A stretch of DNA of 60,167 nt, counting the filler, from Platydemus manokwari (Eukaryota), in the NCBI GenBank assembly GCA_037951405.1. It is 5 parts of 5 records of this genome, joined end to end, with 100 filler letters (N's around TTAATTAATTAA, not from the genome) between each part and the next. Parts side by side here need not be neighbours in the genome. Positions count along the whole stretch, not along the records: positions 48,532 to 60,167 come from JBBMOY010554439.1; 4 more parts are not named here. The stretch is one strand, 5' to 3'. The notes beneath the pieces are model-generated. The model was given only the letters and a program-made list of their open reading frames with translations. It searched no databases and was not told where the DNA came from. Position numbers and translations under genes: made by a program. The first letter of the stretch is position 1. Every line of letters starts with the position of its first letter. This document shows positions 50,568-60,167 of this stretch, piece after piece.

Positions 50568-53500
50568 TTAATCAGTTTTCTGACAGGTTGGTATGCATCC
50601 AGGTGAACCACGATTGCAAATCGACGTAGAACACCTGATGGAAGCTGGTTGATTAATGTTGAGGATTGCAAACGATTTGAAACTGAACATGATCGTAACA
50701 CTATCCAAAGGACTGATCACTAGATTCGGTATGACTGGGCATCTTAATATTATCATCAATTCAATTCATAAATAAAATATAATGACTATACTTGTTCACA
50801 ATCAAATATTCTTTATGATTTCCGGATTCAATGAAACAGTTGTCAAGAAATGGAACTAATTGCGAAGGAGGTTGCATCAATTGGACTTTGACAAATATCT
50901 CTTTTCCGACATCTACGTTTTTAATATTTGAAAGAATTGGTTGAAACCTGATAAAAAATAAGAAATATCAAAATTGGTTTAACAGTTCGAGGTTGTTAAA
51001 GTTTATTTGTCATTGACAATATGACAAAAGTTCTGATAAGGTTGATTTATTTCATTCCTTAATTACTTCGATTAGCAGGAACAATAATAATAAGCTTTCA
51101 CGAATGGTAGCCATGGATTCGGTGATTTTCTGAAAATCCAATCACAACTGTTGCTCAGTGTTTTTACAAAGATTTACAAAAATATTAATTTTTTAAATAA
51201 TTGTGGTCTAAATATAATTTGATGTCGTGACTTTTCAGTTAGTGTGTGTAGTAGCGATTTACACTCACTGTCTGGAAATAAGTGATAATGAACTCATGTA
51301 AAGTGGGTTCCAATACATAATCGTGAAATTTGAGAATTAGTAGATTCGATGTTTTATCCGTTACTGAGCAGTAGAAAAATTCCCTGTTCTAATTGTAGGT
51401 AGTTTAATAAGAAACTTTAATAACCCATAATTCGTTAATTAATTAGTAATACCACTTATTGTCATGATTTCTTGACAATTGACCATCGACAAGTTATATA
51501 TATATATATATATACATCTCGTGCACGCCTTGTCAGAATATAACTCAGAATTGAACTATGCGAAGTCTTCCTTAACAAATGTCTAGAAGATCCTTCATTT
51601 CTCATGAAAGTTTTTGGTCATGTCCACAGGCATAATACCATTTATTGGGCTACAGAAAATCCATATAAAGAAATTGAACTTGATCTATTTGATTCAGGAG
51701 TAACCGTCTGGGCCACTATTTATTGTGATGCGTTTATTGGACCATTTTTCTTTCCTGGCAATGTCAGGCAACTGTGAGGGAAAAGTTCCACATGGCTGTC
51801 TCAGACTGGCCCGTTATTCAGGAAAGATGGTTTCAGCAAGACAGCGCCCCAGCGCATTATTGAAACATGGCTCGTATGTGGTTGACTGATACTTTTGGTA
51901 GTCGTTGGATAGGTCAACGAGGAGAACTCGAGTGGCCCCAAGATCTGCCGACCTTAGTCTGCATGACTTCTTTCTCTGGGAAGTAATGAAGGAAACCATG
52001 AACTGTACTAATCCAAGTTCATTGGAAGAATTGAAAGAAAGAATAACCAACGTTTTTTATTTAATTACTCCAGAGCTTTGTCACAAATCGTATTCATCGA
52101 TGAAGAACAAAGTTCTGAAGTATATCGAAATAAATGGTGGACAATTTGAGTATTTGTAGATAAAAGTATCGCTTTTAATCCATTACTTTGTTGTGCATAG
52201 GTATAATACCTTAAATAAACTGAAATGATACTTAAGCCAACATGTTTGGTATTGCCCTCTCACTTCTGGCCAACCTTGTATATACATACTCGAATATTAC
52301 AGAAACCGATTAATAATTTTTTATCAACGTTATTGATTTTTCCTTTATTTTTAATTACGAAATTGTATCTCCCATTGATTTTAATCTCAATTAATGGTTA
52401 CTTTCAAACAAATTATTTATTATCAAAATAATCAGCTGATTTATTAAGTAGTACAAATATTTATTTATCAAATAAAAATATAAATAAACTCCATCTCGTG
52501 ACACATACCTGTTATTTGTGGAAATAGTCATTGTTGTAGCAATGGGAGTGTTATTGGCGATTAATGGAAGATTAGCGACAGAACTTATGGAATATGTTGC
52601 TTCGGAATACGAATTATTTCTCGCTATCACACAGGAGACCTTATAATATTGATCATTTTTCAAAATGATTTTGTTATTAAGTTTTGGATACATTCGCTTG
52701 GCTTGAAAACTATATATTATCGTGTCATTTTCACCCTGAAAAAATACATAGGATATTATGCACCTTAAACAGACTCGAAATTATAGAATAAAGCATTACA
52801 ATTTTCATATTTCTTTTATTGTAGCATCAAGTAACATAAAAAGGAAATAATCTTAAACAAAACCAAACCAACTAGCAACCAACAACACCAAACTTGAACT
52901 CACATTCCAAGATCTCAATTAAAATAAAATAAGCCATTTCAAAACAATAGACATTGTTGAAAATCAATAATTTCCAAAATATAAAATACCCTTACCTCTT
53001 TTACCATGCCGCAATTTGTGTAGTCAACTGATAATGTTACCGATTCATCAACTCTGGTATTTTTACAATTTTCTCCATTTTCCAGTATACTGACAAATTC
53101 CGGTTTTATGTTCGGATGAACATTTTTAGGCCATACCAGTGATAGGGAATGCTCATCACAATAGACATCAGGATAAGGATCTAGATGTATTTATAAAACC
53201 TAAACGATCAATATAACAGACAAATACCGATAACATCAGGATCTGAACTGCATAACAAACCGATATTATCATTTGGAGTACATCGTTCATTATCGTATGG
53301 ATACACATCGGTACAATTTGCCAATGATGTTGCTTTTGATGGACATTTCATATTTTTGAAACCACCAATGGGCGCTCCTGGTACATAGAACCCTTCAATA
53401 ATTCTCGGGTTGGATGCTCTGGAGCAAAATCAATATGATATGAATGATAATTAAATTATGTGGTTATACTTTTCACACAACAATTCCTCACAAAACAATC

Positions 53501-56500
53501 GGGCTTCAGTGGCACCGAAATTTCTATTGATTCCACACACAGTGAAGTGTTGATTCCCATTTTGTATCGTCAACAAACCGTTATTGATTTTCGTTAATGA
53601 TCCATATCGTTGATGGGGATCTGTTAGAAAAACAAAGGATTATAAATATTTTAATGAAACTTGATATGCTTTTGTCTGGGATATCCAGATATAGAATCAG
53701 AATTCAAATGCAACAGGAGCCAAAGTGAATTAAATGTCTACGTAAGTAGCAAATTACTAACTGATGTTTTCGTGGTTCTATTTGATACTGCTAATGCGTT
53801 TCCTTAGTTACTTCATATTTCAAAATTATTTAATAGAATCATATCGATTACAAATCTTGATTTCCAGATCCAAGTAAACAAATCGAAGTACTTTATTTAA
53901 CGATAAGAACTATTAATTGATTTATTTGATGATGGAGCAAGTGAGATCGACACTGGAGGCGATAGCCGCGAGAAGCATCATGCAAAAAATTTTTGTCTTT
54001 CAGATATTAAACACATTAATGCTCACACAAGAAATTAACTCAGTAAATTCTTTCAAATAAATTCTATATTATTTTTATAATTTTAATGAACTTTAAAATA
54101 TTTTTAATAAATATGGGAATCGTTAATAAAAAATTTAATAAAACATTTTTAAATAACTTTAATTAATGGATAATAATAATATAAAATAAATTCACTTAAT
54201 TAAATGATTTTCTTTCAGTTTCATATGAGAAAAATAATTTTATCGAATAATTAACAATTTTTCTTGACAATGTTTATTTCAAAATAGAACTCACCAATAA
54301 TTATCGAGAGTAAGAACATCAAATAATCTTAGAAATGTTGACCAATGAATTTTTAGAATATAAATCCAACCAATCAAATAACAACCAATCAGATATCAGA
54401 CATTAAATAATATATTTGATCTACTGTCATTAAATACCGCTTCATAAAAGATTTTCTAATCGAGGTATTTTGTGTGAATTTTATATTTTAAATTTTAATA
54501 TTTTTAATGGATAATTAAGTGTTCTGATATTGTTTGTGAGGCTTATTTTAAGAATAAAATCCAAATTAATTAAATTCACTTTCAGTTTTTGATGAGATAC
54601 AATATCAGTTATCAATATTGTGAATATATTCACCAATAAAGGTCAAATGCTCTCAAATTACCGGATCGAGTTGATCAAATCTTGTAATACTGTTGACAGT
54701 AGTGTGTAAGATGAAACATTATTTATCCTAAATTCATACCAGACTTATTGATATCACAGAAGGATGCTGCAAAATTCTCGCAGGTTCATGTTTATGATAT
54801 CGTTTGACTTTTATAGAAATCGTATCGTTAAAAAGCAAAATAACTTGTATTATTATCTTACATTTATCTTACACAATATAATGTATTATTGTCATTGTAA
54901 ATTCACTATTTTTCATAAACAGTATTTTAACAAGCTTTCTTATCAAATGAATTGATTAATTCAATTTGCTGTGTACTGAAATTATTTGACAAAACGTTGG
55001 CATTGAAATCAATCAACATTGGGCCATTCTTATTCGACCAATGTTTAATCAATGATCAACTCTTTAATGTTTGACTTTTTAAATGTAAAACAAAAATTGT
55101 CGAATGGAAGTGCAGATAATGTTATGGTTTATTTTGGAATCATTGATTTTAAGATATTGTTTTAAAAATTTCATCTCATAAAAGTTTATAAATATTTTGT
55201 AATGGCATTTTCAGTGAATCATCTCAGAATATATTTGTCAACCTATTTTCTATTGTAGTAATATTAAAACAAGATCATGAAATGTAATAAACGAAACCGC
55301 AGGATTTATATGATATAAGAATTAGTAGTGGTTTCAGGATCCATTATTCATAGCTATGAATGGAGGGCCTGTAATAATTTTGAATTTTTGAGATATGAAC
55401 AACATACCGTTAATCATTCAGTTAACTTTGTGGAATTAGTTACAGGTGTTTACACTCAAAACATAGAATCTTACTGGGCTAGAAACAAACGATGTAAAAC
55501 AAAGATGGATATCAAAAAAGGAATTTTTCCAAGATTATTTAAATGAATTTATGTGGAGAGATGACGTTAGAGGAGAGATTTTTGAAACAACTTTAGAATT
55601 AAAAAGAGATTTTTATTAATAAACATTGTTTATCGTTTTAAATTATTTATTTTTTATAATTATTTTTTGTGTGGGGGCAGAATTTTCGCAAGATCCGAAT
55701 TTGTTGAACGGTAAAACTAAAATGACACTTAGTAAAACAAAAAATATCTTCATCTTCATATAATAATAAATACAATTTTTAATATATTTTGTCAAACAAT
55801 TAAAACAACTGAATCATTCCAACGTCTGAATAGTTTTCTGATCTCGGGAAATTTATAATTGTTATTTCAATAATTAATTATTTATAATTAATATTTTTAT
55901 TAATTTTTATCCATCGAAAACAAAACTCACTGCTACAATTTGATTGGAGTGGATTGATTGTTGTTTTAATTGATCGATATTTGCCCAAACAAAACACATG
56001 CAAATCTTGATTGTGATTCTGACATTTATACGTCGATTGATTATAAAACTGAAAACCACGACACTGAGTTATATCGGTTTCACTACCTGAGCATTGGATG
56101 TTTTGGAAATGGGTTCCATTGGCAAATGTGGTTATTTTCGATGAAATGATCGCCACAGCGGAGATTTGGTCAGGAATTTGTTCGCTATCATTCCAACGAA
56201 TTATAAAACCATTTATGGAGCCGGAAATAAAATTACTATCCAATCATCTTGCAAATAACTTCAGCATTTTTCTTCGCATAGTCAACATTCATACAGATAG
56301 TTGATTTGATACCGGAAGTCGTTTCTATAATAACCACCCCATCCTGTTTAGAAGTGGACAATGTGGTTTGTGGATCGAAATACAGCTGTTTGATACCTTA
56401 ATGGAAAGCATATTATCTCAATAAGAAAGATAAATGTTGAATAAACTCATACCCAACGTTAAACAACTGTTAATGATGAAGCCAAAAAGTACAACGATTG

Positions 56501-56513
56501 TAAATGATCTCAT
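50568..56513 (-). CDS. DMBT1-like secreted protein, signal peptide-SRCR-SRCR-ZP; exons 56513-56453, 56396-55985, 53620-53470, 53418-53228, 53180-52996, 52735-52509, 50947-50792, 50742-50568; frameshift near 56240 (pseudogene or assembly error)
   Basis: Signal peptide MRSFTIVVLFGFIINSCLT. SRCR1 TIC...AEVICKM...IQCSGSETDITQC...C..HNQDLHVFC. SRCR2 TVC...F...EARLFC..L...CPSKATSLANC...IGLLC. ZP VYCDEHSL...TNCG...VSC...FLDNCF...LIVNKCP...FSFKSF...IRCSTSIC. All intron phases are consistent. Confidence 0.88.
51514..52278 (+). mobile_element. Tc1/mariner-superfamily transposase remnant with 3' TIR, inside intron 6 of the SRCR-ZP gene
   Basis: VWATI...IGPFFF, WFQQDSAPAH, PRSADLSLHDFFLW, IEINGGQFE. Ends in CTTCTGGCCAACCTTG|TA. 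Confidence 0.9.
55250..55696 (+). mobile_element. Merlin (IS1016/ISXO2-like DDE) transposon remnant, inside intron 2 of the SRCR-ZP gene
   Basis: GSIIHS.EWRA...H.TVNHS.NFV...TGV.TQNIESYW...K...L.EFMWR. TIR-like end ...GGGGGCAGAATTTTCGCAAGATCC. Confidence 0.88.
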
Positions 56514-57966
56514 GACAAAAATTCCTTTAATGGATTGAATAAGAAATTCACGTAATAAAATGCAATTGGTGTAATTTTTATTGTATTTTATTTATTGTTA
56601 CTATTAACTTCAATTATTGAAACAAAAACCAATGGAAAAAACGTTTTATATATGTTTTATATTTTAATTGAAAATAAACTTTCTAGCTGATTGACAAATA
56701 CAGCCCATTGCTAAACATTTTCGTAATCTTTCAGTTTATTAGTAAATCATTTTTAATTTCGAAAATTTTTGTAAAGGTTGCTTATCAGGAAACAATTATT
56801 TCGATGGTGCCAGCTGACTCTGTGGCCTCGTGTTGATTTCTTTCCTGTTTTTTTTCTGACAGCTTTAATTTTCATTGAAATACTTTAAATAAATAAGAAT
56901 TATTGGAGAAATATTATTATAAATAATAATTTGCAAATTTATTTTGTTATATACCCATTATTATAATGAAATTTATAATTACAACTCGAATTTTTAAATG
57001 TAAACGTCAACTATAGAAAAATTATGAATTAACTAACTTCGAATATTCGATAATAAATATTTATTTATATTATTTAGTATGATAAGATTTTAAGGTGTTT
57101 ATGATATGCGCTACAGATTTATTGAAATCAAATTTTATAGTTAAAGAATGTAATTATTGTGATTATTTTTATAAAATGAGAGGAGTCGGTAGAGTTAAAC
57201 TCAACATTGTGATCTTCATTATACTATTTTATGGGGAATAAGAAATTTTAATATGTTGTCTGCAGATATTTTCTGAAGTTGTTGAACTTCTTTCAATATT
57301 CTATTTAACCTTTGCTACGAAAGAAAATCATAACTACCTGATCCTGGGTACTTTAGTCGAGTGTATATTAAGCCACAATGTTAGTTCTCCAATAATTAAT
57401 AAAGTTATGAAGCTCAATTAGCATAACATTTAAGAAATGTCGACAAATAATTCAGCATGAACATGAATTCGATTTACGGAATTCTATATACGGAAAAAAG
57501 ATTCCTATCTTCAGATTCATCATTAATAAAATTAAATAATAATAGATTATCTAATATGTTTAATTGTTCCAGAAATTTGAATTAGTATTTCTATTGATAT
57601 TTTAACAACTTATACAATTTAATAAACAACACAAGCCATGTGTCCATCTAGCTTGATAGAATGTGAATTTTTATAAATTTGGTTATTTTTAAAATTATAA
57701 ACACTTGTTGATAAATCCTGCTAGCGTTATCAATCGATTAAAAACATAGCTTATAAAATCAAATATCAAAACCAGGTTTCGCAAATTTATTCATCGATTG
57801 TTTATATTTTACAATGATATTTAAATTTCTTCATTCATACTATAAGCAACACGTGATAAGATTGTCAATGAAACTGATGATGAAACCACATGATTTGATT
57901 ACAACTGTGCCGATATATTTCTGTGTATGTTTTGTTTGTTTGGTTTGTCCAAAATTCAGATCGAAT

Positions 57967-59247
57967 TCAGATCTTGCTTTCCAAATGTTGAATTCTCTGT
58001 ATTGTGACGGCGTCCAAATGTTCGAACAAATTGAAATTAATTCTCGAAAATTGCGTATCACTGGAAAAATCACCCAACATAAACGAATCGATAATATTCG
58101 CCGCACGTCGATTGTTTCTAAACAATGACACCAATGTCCGTCGGATGGATTGGCGGAATGTTTGCATTGTGAAAAAGTAAATCCAAATATAACAGCTGAT
58201 GAAAAGATAATAAAAAATCACATCCAGATAAAACAGTCCGTAATTCAAATAAAATTCCAAAACACCGTCGATTGATGTATTGTCAAGATAATTTATATAG
58301 GAATTTTTAAATATCTCAAAGACAAACGTTACTCTAGGAATACAAAATACCGATACGATACTGCTATGAACCAAAATCATATAGGTCTCATTGCAATAAT
58401 TAAAAATGAAATTCCTAATCTCGAGAAGAATTTCCGTATTGATTTGAGTTTCAACAATCGTTTTCTCCAAAATAATATTCAAAGACTTGTACGACTTCAA
58501 TTCGCGAATCGTCAGCAAATTGAATACAACAACGAATAAGATTTGGACGATGCCTTCTATCATCAGAATTCTATGGATAATATAAACAAACAATATTTCT
58601 CTCGGCCAAACTGGATCCGGTGAACAGAAATAACGGAAATCGATTTTCCAAATATTATTCATAATATATGTCGGAGCGGTCACAATCAGACTAATTATCA
58701 GAGCACAGAAAATACTGAAAATCGTCAGACTGGACGATGGAGCGAATCGACCAAAGGTTTGCACTGATAGAAATCGATTAACCGATTCCAAGAAGACGAT
58801 GTTTATTTCGAATGCGGTCATAGATTGACGAAGAAATGCCACCGTTTTGCAGCCGAATGGACCATTTTGTTCCAAATAGGTTCCAGATCCTTTCAACCAT
58901 ACCATTCCAACTCCCAAATAATCAATCGCCATTAGACAGAAAACCAATTGGAATAAATATACAGACGCCAACGTTATACCATAAAAATGTTGTTTACCGT
59001 GAAATTTCAAATACCGTATTAAAATATAAATAACTAAAATATTTGTCGTGCATCCATATATCAATAGAGGCAATGAAAAAATTCCCAAAAACCCACCACA
59101 TAACACCCAATATTTGGACGAATTCTTGTGTTTCTTTAACGTTTCATAATTGGTTGTACTGAATGAGACGTACTGGTTGAACATTTGATCGTTGAATACA
59201 TTAGCACTTATTTTATAAGGCGGCACAAAATCCCGAACACAAGCCAT
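57967..59247 (-). CDS. Intronless rhodopsin-family (class A) orphan GPCR, divergent flatworm-type
   Basis: 426 aa with seven hydrophobic segments. TM1 G...N, TM2 LA, TM3 GCK and ESVNRF, TM4 Pro, ECL2 Cys, TM6 FCIP, helix-8-like FR. Confidence 0.88.
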   Translation of the reverse strand: MACVRDFVPPYKISANVFNDQMFNQYVSFSTTNYETLKKHKNSSKYWVLCGGFLGIFSLPLLIYGCTTNILVIYILIRYLKFHGKQHFYGITLASVYLFQLVFCLMAIDYLGVGMVWLKGSGTYLEQNGPFGCKTVAFLRQSMTAFEINIVFLESVNRFLSVQTFGRFAPSSSLTIFSIFCALIISLIVTAPTYIMNNIWKIDFRYFCSPDPVWPREILFVYIIHRILMIEGIVQILFVVVFNLLTIRELKSYKSLNIILEKTIVETQINTEILLEIRNFIFNYCNETYMILVHSSIVSVFCIPRVTFVFEIFKNSYINYLDNTSIDGVLEFYLNYGLFYLDVIFYYLFISCYIWIYFFTMQTFRQSIRRTLVSLFRNNRRAANIIDSFMLGDFSSDTQFSRINFNLFEHLDAVTIQRIQHLESKI

Positions 59248-60167
59248 TCGTTTGTGTAACCAAGGTGGTTAATAATATGAAGCTTATTAATAATCTTTAG
59301 GAAATGATTAATATAAATCAATAACATATATGTTACATCGAAGTTAGTTTTATAACATAAATTTCATAACAGTTAGATGAAAATTCTGGTACAAAATTTG
59401 GACTTAATAAATGAAATCTAATAACTATCTTAATCATAATATTCTAGTTTTTATATTACACAATAAATTAGTTCAAGAAAACCTATAATTCTAAAGTCAC
59501 TATCTCAAAGTATTCTTCAATTTAAAAATCCTTAATGTTATTTATTTTATCTTGAATATCTGTCTAGAGTTCTAAAAATTGAGATTTCAATCTGTTTTTT
59601 CCGAATCATCATAAGTCATTTATCAAATATCTTTGGATTTTTGTTACTTATCGTCAATTTCAAAGCATCTAAGCATTATCTTCCACTCATATTTGAAAAC
59701 TGTATCAGGTTCAATTTCTGAAGTCGATATTTTAACAAATGAAATTCTATTTTCAAATTCAAGTCATAATGTATTTTAACAAACAGGATTTTAAAAATAA
59801 TCCTTTAATAAGTGCATAATATTTCCTGTTAATAATAAATTATTTTAGAAAATTGACAGTACATTAAAGCTCAACTAACCATTCCATATGATTTCCACCC
59901 GACATTCATTTTGTTTGATAAAGCTTTTAAAGAAAATCCATAAAACAAAACGATATCAGAGAACTTGTTTCAAAAATTTTAGAAATTTTTTTTATGCATC
60001 AGAATGGCATCAAATGAAATTTGAATTTAAGTTCAAAGACACAGAAATGCTTTAAATTTTTTCATGATTCTAAATAATATAAGGAGATAGAATTCTGACA
60101 TGGAATCTTGAAGTCTTTCTTTGAATACTTATATTCCTCTAGCATTATTATAATCATAATGATTGCT

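Noticed and set aside
57873-57890. CTGATGA..GAAAC hammerhead-like core
   Set aside because: No room for stem II and no flanking helices.

Overview
AT-rich eukaryotic (animal) genomic DNA, most likely a planarian flatworm. This is inferred from the composition, introns of about 43-56 nt, a flatworm-type orphan GPCR and (ATT)n satellites. The window is not one locus. Four identical artificial 100-nt linkers (N44-TTAATTAATTAA-N44) join five pieces: 1-14342, 14443-26696, 26797-36008, 36109-48431 (with a real 380-N gap) and 48532-60167. Host genes: an intronless GET4, the first exon of a KIAA0513-like gene, an intronless Tra2-like SR protein, a 3-exon zinc-finger gene, the last exon of a ZP-domain gene, a convergent 8-exon signal peptide-SRCR-SRCR-ZP (DMBT1-like) gene carrying a frameshift, and an intronless divergent rhodopsin-type GPCR. 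The rest is mostly decayed mobile DNA: a Polinton/adintovirus remnant (pPolB, fibre-like gene, adenain protease, penton), two related R2/NeSL-type non-LTR elements, several Ty3/gypsy remnants, and Tc1/mariner, Merlin and hAT fragments. The least explained items are a tightly packed cluster of unknown ORFs (15.6-17.3 kb), extra ORFs downstream of gypsy integrases, a dispersed terminal motif, and a CpG-free 227-bp island. All assignments come from reading and translating by eye. No database search was run.
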